A stretch of 64,000 bases of DNA from Chloropicon primus (Eukaryota): the NCBI GenBank assembly GCA_023205875.1, contig CP060754.1, positions 1,426,001 to 1,490,000 on the forward strand, read 5' to 3'. Position 1 is the stretch's first letter. Every line of letters starts with the position of its first letter. Below the pieces are notes generated by a model. It ran no database searches. It worked only from the letters and a program-made list of their open reading frames with translations, and had not been told where the DNA came from. Both the position numbers and the translations under genes were made by a program. This document shows positions 10,385 through 20,695 of this stretch, piece after piece.

Positions 10385-13270
10385 ATGGTGGGCGTGGAAG
10401 GAAGCTGTGCTGGCCGTGGGCTGTGGGAGAAGTGGTTCTCTCGACCGGGGGGCTCCCGGGCAAGGGGGAGAAACCCTGGGAGCGAACGGAGCGGGGAGGC
10501 CTCGAGCGCGGGGGCGTCAACTTCTGCCTCTGGAGACGGAACAAGCCCGCGGAAGGACGGCAGAGGGGAGAGGCGGACTGCGGCAGAACTGCTGTACAAT
10601 GCTTTGAGGAACGCGGCCTACCAGAGCAAAGTTTTAGGCACCAAAGGATCGGTCTCCGCGGCGAGGGGAGAGTGCGAAGACTCGTCCTTTCTCTCCACGC
10701 TGCTGCGTGGCATGCGCAGCATCGAGCTTGCGGAGAGCGGAGAGGGAATGCAGCGCATATTTCGTCTCGTCCGAAACCTCCCCGTGCCGGAGCAGTGGCA
10801 GGTGCTGCAGGCATTGCACGAGGAGACTCTTAACTTGGATGAGAAAGGTCCGCTTGCCTCGACGTTTCTCGAGTACGTCAAATCGAAGACTGGCGGACTT
10901 TTGTTTCCGGGCAGGTCAGCGCCCGATCAGTTTTCCACGGCCGAGGTGTTGAAAAAGTTGGAAGCGCAAAATTCGAAGGCCGCGGGCGGCAGTGGTTGTG
11001 ACAAGTCTTCGGAGGCGGAGCTTCTTCCGCTGTTGGCGGACATCATGGTGTCCCACGAGACCGAGACGGGTGGGAGAGAGGTGATGCGCATTTTAACGGC
11101 AATGATGGTGGCCGACAGCAAAAGGGAACGGCAGGCCACGCCGGGCTGGAGAAAGAACACGATCGAAATCCTTTTGAACATGAAGTTTCAGGCAGGATAC
11201 GACGGTGGGCAAGGGGGTGAAATCTCCTCCCTCCTGCTTTGCCACCAGGACATGTCAGTAGACCCAGCAGTCCTTCGTGGAGGGGCCTCCTCGACTGGCT
11301 GTTTGTTGCGTGTGGGCACGCTGGTGAAGTGCCTCGAATTTTTTAGCAAGGACTGCGGGGAAAGGGGTGAGACTTGCAACTTCCCTAGGGCGAGAAACCA
11401 CCTCTTGAGCATCTTGCTGATGAAGTTGAAGGCGATTTTTCGAGGGGGAAAGACGAGGAGCGTGCGCGACGTTGCGCCCCTTCACCCGTTGGGGGGGCTT
11501 GGCACAAATATGCAGGGCGTGTTCAAAGAGGTTTTGGGCACTTGCTTTGACTATTGGAACATGCCCGCCTCCCTCGTGAATCATTCCAAAGCAATTTTGA
11601 GCCACTGCCATCACTACGAGGTAGTCTGCGAAAGGCAAATCATGTCGCAGAATGGGTCCACAGACATAAATGTTGTGCCCACACACTCCGAACTGAGGCT
11701 TGAGCTTGCACAAAACCAGTCGTTAGAGGATAAGATAGTCATTATCTGCCTTGTGCAGGAGTGCTTGAAGTATTTGGGAGACAGAGGGCAAGGCCCTTCC
11801 GAAATGGTGGAGAGTCTGAGGTCTGCTTTGGGAAAGGAGAGCCTGGCCAGCCTTTGCAAAGTTGCTTCATTGTTGTGGCAGTCAAACCAAGGGAGAAACG
11901 TGTGGTTGGCGAGCACTCGATACTTCAAATCCAAGCCATTCACGTGCTTGGCTGTTGCTTTTGGCGTGCTCTTGCATTTTGAGCTCTCAGGAGCATCGAA
12001 CGGTATCTTGATCAGCTCGATTGTCCAGCTCTTGAAGGAGTTGGAACGTTTCGTCCGTTTTGAAACAGAGAGCAGTGGGTCGCAGAAGCGGCCATCATAC
12101 AAGCTGAACCAGGACTCGGTGTACGGGATGGTAACGCAGATCCTTTTGCTTTCATCGTTTCTCGCGGTGCCAAGTGCACCTGCAAGCGTTCCTCCAATAT
12201 TTTCCTGCGTGTTCGAGTACTTGCGGAAGGACCTGGAATTCGTGAAGTCCTCGCTCTCTCGGTTGCATCTCGGCACGCCAGACCTGGACTTCAAGAGATT
12301 CAGCGAAGTGTTTTCGGATTTGATTCAGGGCTTTTACAAGCCGTTGTTTCAGCTCGAGGCAAAGGTCGGCAACTTTGCGAAGGTGCCTACCCTCGGCGAC
12401 GCTTTCTTTGAAAGCCTTTTCTCTGTCATGGAACTGCTTCTCAGGGTTGTGGGTGCACCAGTCCGAAACGCTCTCCTCGGGGACCAAGGACGGGAAGCAG
12501 CGGCCAAGCACCACGACCCCGAAGTGCCAAGGCCTGGGGGAGGAACCCACAGCAAGATCCAGATGACTCTGGGGATTGCCAAAGCATGCCTTGAGGTTTT
12601 GCAGGTTCTGCTGAACGAGCGCGGGCCGGATTTGGACCAGTGCAGTGACAAGCTCAAGTGCAAGATCGAGCGGGCTAGCATGGTTTTCGACTACATTCTG
12701 GCAAAGTTCATCCATGTGATGAAGTTGTACAAGGCTGGCGAGAAGACTTCGGAGATGGTGGGGGTGGGTGAGCGTGATGCTGCACAAATTACCAGCGGAC
12801 AGGCAGAGGTGTACCTCAGCGTGAAGGAGTTTGTGACAAAGTGCATTGAAACGTTTTCCATTCAAAAGGTGAAGAAGAGGCCGGCGGACACGGTTGCCAA
12901 GCCCCCGTCAGAGAGGAAGACTTCGAAGGACTCAAAGCAGAAGAGCAGGGTGGTGACAAACGCCAAGCAGGTCCGCAAGACGAACAAACGGCACAAGCGT
13001 TCCAGCAACGCCTTCATTGATGCCGCGTTGAGGGGCGAGGGGTACCACGCCAAGGAGGATGGCGACCTGGAGGACTTGGAGGACTTGGAGGATTTCATTG
13101 TTTGCAAGCCTGGCCGTGACTATGACAAAGTGCTAGCGAAGAGGACCCCCCGGGTGCAGGACGCGGGGAAGGCTGTTGGTGAAAAGAGGAGGAAGGAGAG
13201 GGGAGTTCCAGCGGGCCTGCATCCTGCGATCCAGGATGAGGAAGAGGAGGACGAAATCGAGGAAGTGTAA
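10385..13270 (+). CDS. Uncharacterised large alpha-helical protein with basic (NLS-like) and acidic C-terminus
   Basis: 961-aa ATG-initiated ORF, Leu-rich; C-terminal KRHKRSSNAFIDAAL...DLEDLEDFIVCKPGRDY. Confidence 0.75.
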   Translation: MVGVEGSCAGRGLWEKWFSRPGGSRARGRNPGSERSGEASSAGASTSASGDGTSPRKDGRGERRTAAELLYNALRNAAYQSKVLGTKGSVSAARGECEDSSFLSTLLRGMRSIELAESGEGMQRIFRLVRNLPVPEQWQVLQALHEETLNLDEKGPLASTFLEYVKSKTGGLLFPGRSAPDQFSTAEVLKKLEAQNSKAAGGSGCDKSSEAELLPLLADIMVSHETETGGREVMRILTAMMVADSKRERQATPGWRKNTIEILLNMKFQAGYDGGQGGEISSLLLCHQDMSVDPAVLRGGASSTGCLLRVGTLVKCLEFFSKDCGERGETCNFPRARNHLLSILLMKLKAIFRGGKTRSVRDVAPLHPLGGLGTNMQGVFKEVLGTCFDYWNMPASLVNHSKAILSHCHHYEVVCERQIMSQNGSTDINVVPTHSELRLELAQNQSLEDKIVIICLVQECLKYLGDRGQGPSEMVESLRSALGKESLASLCKVASLLWQSNQGRNVWLASTRYFKSKPFTCLAVAFGVLLHFELSGASNGILISSIVQLLKELERFVRFETESSGSQKRPSYKLNQDSVYGMVTQILLLSSFLAVPSAPASVPPIFSCVFEYLRKDLEFVKSSLSRLHLGTPDLDFKRFSEVFSDLIQGFYKPLFQLEAKVGNFAKVPTLGDAFFESLFSVMELLLRVVGAPVRNALLGDQGREAAAKHHDPEVPRPGGGTHSKIQMTLGIAKACLEVLQVLLNERGPDLDQCSDKLKCKIERASMVFDYILAKFIHVMKLYKAGEKTSEMVGVGERDAAQITSGQAEVYLSVKEFVTKCIETFSIQKVKKRPADTVAKPPSERKTSKDSKQKSRVVTNAKQVRKTNKRHKRSSNAFIDAALRGEGYHAKEDGDLEDLEDLEDFIVCKPGRDYDKVLAKRTPRVQDAGKAVGEKRRKERGVPAGLHPAIQDEEEEDEIEEV

Positions 13271-13424
13271 ACATAAAACAGAACTGTATCATGTACCATA
13301 TTGACCGCCACCACCATCGCCCACAGCAGCACTTCCACAATCTGTCATCGATCGTCGATCGATTTCATTTCATTCGGCTCAAAAACTGAGCGTCGCCGGC
13401 GCAGATTACCCAAAGGGGCTCACG

Positions 13425-14248
13425 ATGTCGACTCCTTCGAGAAAGGTGAGCACGGGCGCTGCTGGCCTTGCGGAGCGAGCTCCGAGGTACTGACGTTCCT
13501 CCCCTCCTGTTTTGTTCTTTCGCTTCGTCTTTGCTCGGTCGCCCTTCCTTTGCCGTGAGCAGAGACTGATACGAGACTTCAAGAAGCTTCAGAAGGACCC
13601 GCCTTCTGGAATAAGCGGCTCGCCCGTTCCGGAGAACATCATGCGTTGGAACGCCGTAATTTTTGGTCCGGAGAACTCGCCTTGGGACGGCGGAACCTTC
13701 CGCCTCGTCCTTGAATTTAGTGAAGACTACCCGAACAAGGCACCCGTCGTTAGGTTTGTCTCAGAGATGTTTCATCCCAACAGTAAGTTGAACGATCGAA
13801 GGGGCGTGGACTTTGAAAATTGGCGAGAGCTGAGGCTTCCCGGGATGGACACCCAGCCCAGACTTCGTTGATGCGCCGGGATCCCTGCCCCTCACGGCCA
13901 TGGCGAGGTCCGAGTCGTGTTGATCTCAAGCTGACACAACTGCTGCCTCACTCTACTCTTGCACGCTTGGTGGAATGATTGATTTCGTTAGTTTATGCCG
14001 ACGGATCGATCTGCTTGGATATTTTGCAGAACAACTGGAGCCCAATTTATGACGTTGCTGCGATCTTGACCTCGATCCAGTCGCTTCTGACGGACCCCAA
14101 CCCGAACTCGCCCGCCAACTCTGAGGCAGCGAGGTTGTTCACCGAGAACAAGGAGGAGTACATCAGGCAGGTCAAGCTCTCTGTGGGAAAGAGCTGGGGG
14201 GAGGAAGAGAAGAAGGCCGAGGACGACAAGGGTGAAGAGGCTAAGTGA
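13425..14248 (+). CDS. UBC2: E2 ubiquitin-conjugating enzyme RAD6/UBC2; exons 13425-13445, 13563-13782, 13992-14248
   Basis: Spliced product [17 protein letters not shown]...[30 protein letters not shown] introns restore the frame. Confidence 0.95.
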
Positions 14249-14331
14249 ATGTGGCGAGAAGGAAAAGCGCTTAGATTGACTAGTCTATCCTTTCTTTTTG
14301 TATAAGAGCAAGAGCAGTACCTGCCCGCTAG

Positions 14332-14336
14332 TGTAA
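14332..14336 (+). promoter_or_regulatory. TGTAA chlorophyte-type polyadenylation signal (example)
   Basis: TGTAA 84 nt after the UBC2 stop; similar TGTAA after other + strand stops (e.g. 1272, 6674, 20308). Confidence 0.55.
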
Positions 14337-14393
14337 TAAAACCATCCAAATAAACCACGACGACGGCGACGACATTCGACATCGACGCGGCCT

Positions 14394-15572
14394 TTACAAG
14401 AACGTCTTCCTGTGGACGATGCTAGGTCCGTACTCGTCGTAATCGTACTTGGTGATGTGCTGGTTCTGAGAAAAGGCTAGCTTCGCCTCAATGAAACCTC
14501 CGACCCACGCGCTGTGCATTGGGACGGTTACAGGCATGTACTCGGGGCGCCGAAGTATGGACGGGTTGTAAGACGGAGGAAACAGTTTCCTGAGCTCGGT
14601 TTGCACCCTTTGCTCCAGGCCCTTGACCACGCTCCCGCACCCAGTGATAAGCACGCTCTCGGTGAGCAGCCTTTTCATGTTGAGGTCCGCTATTGAGGTG
14701 TGAGATATGCTCGTTTGAATCACGTCCACAAGGCTCATGCACTTGTACCCAAAGCGATGCGGCTGGAAGCACATTTCCCCTGCCTGCACGAACTCTTTCC
14801 CGACCTTGATAGTCGTCCCGTCAGGCAGATCGTGCTCCCTCTCCTCGCGGCTCTCGCACTCGGAGAGATAGGCTTGGGCCGAGGAGCAGACCTCCATGCA
14901 GTCGTGCTTCAAGTCCGCGAGGTTCTTCTCCGTGTATTGCCGCCCGTTTCGCCTCTGCACGGCCTCCCTGAGGAACTGGGTGAACTCCTCGCCCCCGAAC
15001 AGCAGGCTTTCGCTCGAGGGCTGCTGGAGCTGCCCGTCCACCACGCAGGACACCCCCATCTTTCCGTGGCCGATGTCCACGACGCAGCCGGAAACCTTCC
15101 CGTAACTTCCCAGGGAGAGCCTCGCCTGGTCCGCCATGTACACGCCTTTCGTGTTGAACTTCTCGAACATGATCTGGGTCATCAGCTCGCGCTGGAGCTT
15201 GGAAGAGGACAGGACGCGCTCGGATATCAGCACGGTCTCCTCCTCGCCCTTCTCCCACCCAAGCTGCTCGTAAAGGATGTAGTGCCAAAGCACCTCCATG
15301 CTGTCCCAGTCGCATATCACCCCGTCCTGTATCGGTCCCAGCTCGGCGTACTCCCCCTTCCCCTCCTCCGCCTCCTCCCCTCCAGCCATCCCACCACCCT
15401 CCGCTTCCTCCATCACGGCGTCCGCCTTGCCCTTGGTGCTCACGTCGTACACCCGAACCCGCGTCGGCGTCACGAGGAGAGGAAGGTCGCTCTCCACGCT
15501 CAAGGGGCTGTGCGCGTGGCCGGCCTTGATGGACCAAGACCCGTGGTCCAAAATCGCTGTCCGATCTCCCAT
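14394..15572 (-). CDS. Nuclear actin-related protein (ARP7-like)
   Basis: Actin fold: ILDHGSWSIKAG, VVDIGHG, LPDGTTI, SAWVGG, EYGPSIVHRK; ATG at 15572. Confidence 0.85.
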   Translation of the reverse strand: MGDRTAILDHGSWSIKAGHAHSPLSVESDLPLLVTPTRVRVYDVSTKGKADAVMEEAEGGGMAGGEEAEEGKGEYAELGPIQDGVICDWDSMEVLWHYILYEQLGWEKGEEETVLISERVLSSSKLQRELMTQIMFEKFNTKGVYMADQARLSLGSYGKVSGCVVDIGHGKMGVSCVVDGQLQQPSSESLLFGGEEFTQFLREAVQRRNGRQYTEKNLADLKHDCMEVCSSAQAYLSECESREEREHDLPDGTTIKVGKEFVQAGEMCFQPHRFGYKCMSLVDVIQTSISHTSIADLNMKRLLTESVLITGCGSVVKGLEQRVQTELRKLFPPSYNPSILRRPEYMPVTVPMHSAWVGGFIEAKLAFSQNQHITKYDYDEYGPSIVHRKTFL

Positions 15573-16228
15573 CCCTCCAAGCCAATGCTCAACCCACAAC
15601 ACAACAAAAGAGCAGCAGCAAAAGGTGGATCGAACGCCTTGGCCTCTTCGACCTCGCAACAACCCGTCCGGATCGACCGAACGCAAAACAAAAAAAAGAA
15701 AAGGTGGCCGGCGAAGGAAGAGCGCGAGCGCGGTGCGAAGCCTCAGAAGGGAACGATGCCCAGCGCTGGACCTCTTGCCTCTAGAACCTCTTGGCCTTCC
15801 GCGCCCGATCGATCGTCGATCTGCTCTGCTGCTCTCCTCGAACGAGGGCGCGAGAAGCGGGCCAGAAAGGAGTGTATACTCAATATTTCTCTCATGACGT
15901 TACTTTTACATATCGTGTTTTGAGTGTGAAGTGGGGATGGAAATTGACGGCCAAAAGTCTGCAGGGCGAGGAGATCGAGGAGAACATCGAGGAAGTGTGC
16001 TTGAGTGCTGAGGAGGGGACAATGTGGGGGTCAGTGACGGCGTGAAGGGGTGCGAGAGGACGCCAATCAAGGTATTAGGGTACATTTGTCCGCGATTTCT
16101 TGGTTACGAGGAAAGGAGGCATCCACGGAGGAAGGGAAGAGCCGATTACTTGGGCCTGTGGAGGACAATCCACATCCGAGCAGAGAACAGAGACTGCCAG
16201 AGAGAGAGAGAGGAGAGAGAGTGGGAAG

Positions 16229-17145
16229 ATGACGAAGATTGCTTTTGCTGCAGCCATGGCGTCGTGCTTGGCCCTGGCGTTTTTATCGACGGGGGCGAAC
16301 GCCATTGGCGGCCTCGTGGAGGACCCAGCGACCGTCCTTGGCGATCTCGAGGACCTGTGGGACGACGTCCAGTCGAACGAGCTGGTCCTGAACATAGAAA
16401 TCCCGGAGGAGGTGAACCAAACGATTAACTCGGTCAGGGAGGCCATCGTCCAGGCGGACCAGGCAGCCCCGTTCCTCGCCACGGGCATCCCAGAGAACTT
16501 GACGGACACCGTCCTCGCCCTGCAGGAGGAGCTCATGCCCGTCGCGGAAGATGCGTTGGAGCGCGTGGGGTAAGTTTTCCTGCCTCGCTTGCCCTTTTTC
16601 CCCTCGTCGCCCGTCGGTCTGACGGTTTTCTTTCGCTCGCCTTTGGTTCAGGGTGCCGAGGGAGTGCGTCGCGGACGCGTACACGATCGCCACGGGGTGC
16701 GCGGCAGACATCCTCCAGATCGCAAACCAGGAGAGGCAGGCCCTCATGGGAAGAGTGAGAGCAAACCCGCTGATGCTCTTCCAGCCCACCTCGTGGAGCA
16801 TTCTGTCTGCGGGCCAAGCGCAGTACGAGCAGTACCAGGAGTCTGGCGTGGGCTGGAGCGTTAGCCAGACTTGCTGCAGCCACCTCGCGAGCTTGACAGC
16901 GGGCGGCTGCCTTTGCGATCCAGACACCGTGAATTTCCTCACTTCGATTACGGGCCAGGCCTTCCTGGATACAGGTAAGAGAAGCTTTGAACTCCCGTCA
17001 CCAAAATGAGAAGAAGAGAAAAACAAAGACAGACTTGACCCTAACACGCGTTGCCGCGCTTTGAACTCTGGCAGTGAGGAGCTCTTACAGCAGCTCGTGC
17101 CCCAGCATCGGGACTTTGGCTCTCTATCCTAGCGCTGACTGCTAA
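16229..17145 (+). CDS. Secreted Cys-rich protein with eight-cysteine (8CM/nsLTP-like) motif; exons 16229-16569, 16652-16974, 17075-17145
   Basis: Signal peptide MTKIAFAAAMASCLALAFLSTGANA; two GT-AG introns; C-terminal domain with pattern C, C, CC, CLC, C, C. Confidence 0.75.
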
Positions 17146-17383
17146 AAAGGCGTCCGCGCGTCCGCGCCAGACTTTTCGGGTCACTTCAAGGAAGCGTTAT
17201 TTAAGCATACACAATTGTTGGTAATATATATCCCGCCTTACACAGTATTCACACATTATTTTTTTTGGTGGCGCCTTGGGTCCACAAGAAAGACTTCCCT
17301 GGAACCTTCACCAGCAGCAGCTGCGATCCGTTCTTACCTCCCTCTTCTCGTGAATGCACGCGCGCCCGCGCGCGTGTGTGTGA

Positions 17384-18430
17384 TTATCGCTGCTCCTCCA
17401 CCGGGAGCCCGTTCCTCACCGGATCAAAGTAGTGGTGAGCCATGGCCTCCTTGGCCGTCAGCCTCTTCTGGTGATCGTACACCAGCAACTTGTCCAGGAA
17501 GTCCATCGCTTCGTGGGAGATCAGGTGCTGGTTCTCTGTTGTTACAAACTTCAGCCAAGGCTTGCGCGAGTGGCGGCCCACCATCGCCTCCAGGTGGGGG
17601 TCTAGCTCTATCTTATACGTGTTCAAATAATCATACAAGCCGTCCGTGCCCAGGACCTTGGCGATCTTCACGAGCTGGTCGTAGTTGTCCTGGCCCCGGA
17701 AGAAGGGCTCGCCCTTGCGAAACATCATGCCCGCCAGCATGACGCCCACGCTCCACATGTCAAGGGAGTAGTCGTAGTCCTGCAAGTCCACGAGAAGCTC
17801 GGGGCCCTTGAAGTACTTGGTCGCGACGCGGACGTTGTACTCCTTGCCGGGGTGGTAGAACTCCGCGAGGCCCCAGTCGATCAGGCGGAGGGCCTTCTTG
17901 CTGTGGTCAATCATGATGTTGTGAGGCTTCACGTCGCGGTGCATGATGCCTTGGGAGTGGCAGTAGTCCAAGGCCTTGAGGAGCTCCAGGAGGTAGTACC
18001 TGACCTCCAAGTCCGTGAGAGTCGGGTACAGGACCTTGAAGTCCGTGTTGTTGACGTGCTCGAACACGAGGCTGGGCGTCTTGGCGTGCGGGTCTCTCAC
18101 AACGTCAAGAAGCTTGATGATGTTCTTACCCCCATACAAGTTCTGCAGAACTTTGATCTCCCTCTTTATCTTCTTCTTCTTCACCGGTTTCAGTATCTTC
18201 ACGACGCACGGGGTCGCATTGATGGTGTTGTGACCCTCGAACACCTCGCTGTACTTGCCCCTCCCTATCTTTCTCGCCAATTCGTAAAAGTCTTGATCAC
18301 CCCACTTGACGGACAGCGTCTCGTAATCCCAGTAGTCCGCCGGCCTCAACACGTTCACGTCTCGGTACACGCGCGACACGCTGAACGAGTCCGCCGACCT
18401 CTTCGCCCTCCCGATCTTCACCCCGTCCAT
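17384..18430 (-). CDS. CKA: Casein kinase II alpha catalytic subunit, copy A
   Basis: [51 protein letters not shown]. Confidence 0.97.
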   Translation of the reverse strand: MDGVKIGRAKRSADSFSVSRVYRDVNVLRPADYWDYETLSVKWGDQDFYELARKIGRGKYSEVFEGHNTINATPCVVKILKPVKKKKIKREIKVLQNLYGGKNIIKLLDVVRDPHAKTPSLVFEHVNNTDFKVLYPTLTDLEVRYYLLELLKALDYCHSQGIMHRDVKPHNIMIDHSKKALRLIDWGLAEFYHPGKEYNVRVATKYFKGPELLVDLQDYDYSLDMWSVGVMLAGMMFRKGEPFFRGQDNYDQLVKIAKVLGTDGLYDYLNTYKIELDPHLEAMVGRHSRKPWLKFVTTENQHLISHEAMDFLDKLLVYDHQKRLTAKEAMAHHYFDPVRNGLPVEEQR

Positions 18431-18431
18431 C

Positions 18432-18471
<40 letters not shown>

Positions 18472-18798
18472 CACTTCCTTCCTTCCAACACGAAGAGAAA
18501 ACAAAAACCGTTCGTGTCAGCTTCAATCAACAAGGTCTGAACCTCTCGAACCGACGCGGAACGTTTCGAGGAAGGCCTCGTTCGAAAGATCGCGTCACGC
18601 TCTTTCGAACCATCCCTTCCGCGATACCACCCCTTCCCTCCCTCGACTTGCACGACCCCGAGACTCACCTCGCTTTGGCCGCCTCCCTCGACTCGGCAGC
18701 CGAACAAGTTTTTGGTCGCCGTCAAGAATCTCCTCCCGCCACTCGTCAGGGGAGATCGGTGCTGGCGCTAGGGGCGCGGGGACCTCGGACTTTGGAGC

Positions 18799-19066
18799 GA
18801 TTGTGGAGGACGACGACGTGGGATTTTGCGGTAGGCAAATAGGCAGAACGAAAGAGCGTCTCGCGGGCTTTCCATTGATCGTTTACTTGACGCGTTTGGC
18901 GCACGGAGTGGTCGAGGAATCGAAGCTGGGGAGGACGCGAGGGAAAAGGAAAAAGTATCCGAGGGGGCCACCTTGTCGAGGACGAGGGCGACGGGGTCGA
19001 CGAGGCGAGGAGGAGGGGAGGGTGTCTGAGCGAAAGAGTGTCTCACGGGCTTTCGATTGATACCTC
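18799..19066 (+). repeat. 268-bp dispersed repeat, copy 1 (copy 2 inverted at 32449-32716)
   Basis: Manual alignment gives 11 substitutions and no indels. Confidence 0.95.
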
Positions 19067-19187
19067 CCTTGAGTTGTTCGAGTGTCGGAAAGGGAAGGGG
19101 AGGCTGCATCCGTCGTGAGTGGACAGTTCACCTCAAGAGGTTTTTCCCAAAGGAAAGGTTGTGTCAAGAGGAGAGAAGGGGGAAGAG

Positions 19188-20228
19188 ATGAGGCTTCGGA
19201 AGGCGCGGCGAGACCCCTCCTCGACTTCCAGGGCGAGGGTTTACACGAACGTCATCCTGGAAAAGCCCAAGGAGTACTGGGACTATGAGAGCAACAACTA
19301 TAACGTGAGTTGGGGATCCCAGGACCCGTACCAGGTGGTGAGGAAGGTGGGGAGGGGCAAGTACAGCGAGGTGTTCGAGGCCATCGACGTCGTGAACAAC
19401 AAGAAGTGCGTCGTGAAGATACTGAAACCGGTGAAGAAGAAGAAGATCATCAGGGAAGTCAAGATATTGCAAAACTTGCGGGGCGGGCCAAACATCATTC
19501 AGCTCCTCGACAAGGTCATGGACCCGCACGCCAAGACGCCCAGCCTCGTGTTCGAGCACGTCAACAACACGGACTTCAAGGTCCTGTACCCGACTCTCAC
19601 GGACTTGGAGGTCAGGTACTACCTCCTGGAGCTCCTCAAGGCCTTGGACTACTGCCACTCCCAAGGCATCATGCACCGCGACGTGAAGCCTCACAACATC
19701 ATGATCGACCACAGCAAGAAGGCCCTCCGCCTGATCGACTGGGGCCTCGCGGAGTTCTACCACCCCGGCAAGGAGTACAACGTCCGCGTCGCGACCAAGT
19801 ACTTCAAGGGCCCCGAGCTTCTCGTGGACTTGCAGGACTACGACTACTCCCTTGACATGTGGAGCGTGGGCGTCATGCTGGCGGGCATGATGTTTCGCAA
19901 GGGCGAGCCCTTCTTCCGGGGCCAGGACAACTACGACCAGCTCGTGAAGATCGCCAAGGTCCTGGGCACGGACGGCTTGTATGATTATTTGAACACGTAT
20001 AAGATAGAGCTAGACCCCCACCTGGAGGCGATGGTGGGCCGCCACTCGCGCAAGCCTTGGCTGAAGTTTGTAACAACAGAGAACCAGCACCTGATCTCCC
20101 ACGAAGCGATGGACTTCCTGGACAAGTTGCTGGTGTACGATCACCAGAAGAGGCTGACGGCCAAGGAGGCCATGGCTCACCACTACTTTGATCCGGTGAG
20201 GAACGGGCTCCCGGTGGAGGAGCAATAG
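19188..20228 (+). CDS. CKA: Casein kinase II alpha catalytic subunit, copy B
   Basis: Same CK2 motifs; first ATG at 19188; C-terminal two thirds identical to copy A at protein level. Confidence 0.97.
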   Translation: MRLRKARRDPSSTSRARVYTNVILEKPKEYWDYESNNYNVSWGSQDPYQVVRKVGRGKYSEVFEAIDVVNNKKCVVKILKPVKKKKIIREVKILQNLRGGPNIIQLLDKVMDPHAKTPSLVFEHVNNTDFKVLYPTLTDLEVRYYLLELLKALDYCHSQGIMHRDVKPHNIMIDHSKKALRLIDWGLAEFYHPGKEYNVRVATKYFKGPELLVDLQDYDYSLDMWSVGVMLAGMMFRKGEPFFRGQDNYDQLVKIAKVLGTDGLYDYLNTYKIELDPHLEAMVGRHSRKPWLKFVTTENQHLISHEAMDFLDKLLVYDHQKRLTAKEAMAHHYFDPVRNGLPVEEQ

Positions 20229-20695
20229 CGCGCGTAGATAGGAGTGCCGGGGGGGCGCCGCGCGTGGGGGGGGGGAGAGACTTTTGTGGACAAGACACAC
20301 ACAAAGATGTAAGCCTTTTGGCATTTGTTCGAGTAATCATTAGTTCTAATTGATTCATTATTACAGACTGGGATTACAAGTCTATTTTGACATTATCTTG
20401 CATACATTATTAGTGATTCACAATGCTGAGTATTCGATATCCAGCAAATATAATAGACAATCTTCCTCTTCGTAGTAAACATTCCACGGCTTTTCTCTAA
20501 ATTCTTCTATTTCTCTACTTCTAAGCGCCGCGCCATAGTATATATATTTTTTCTTTGTCTTTCTTTTTTTGTTCACAGTTGTTTTCAGTTGTGTTGTTCC
20601 TTTCCTTGCACCCCACCCCGACGACGACGACTGACGGCGGCGACGGGGAGCGCGCACAACATTCACCAGCAAGAATCCTCGTCCCTCGTTGACGT

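Noticed and set aside
15816..15845. Weak TCGA pair in the ARP7/secreted-protein divergent region
   Set aside because: Spacing is 22 rather than 23 and the core match is poor, so it was not counted as a motif instance
18580..18610. GTTCGAAAGA...TCTTTCGAAC as tRNA B-box, heat-shock element or terminator hairpin
   Set aside because: No cloverleaf or A-box and wrong spacing for an HSE; treated as an instance of the tripartite promoter motif
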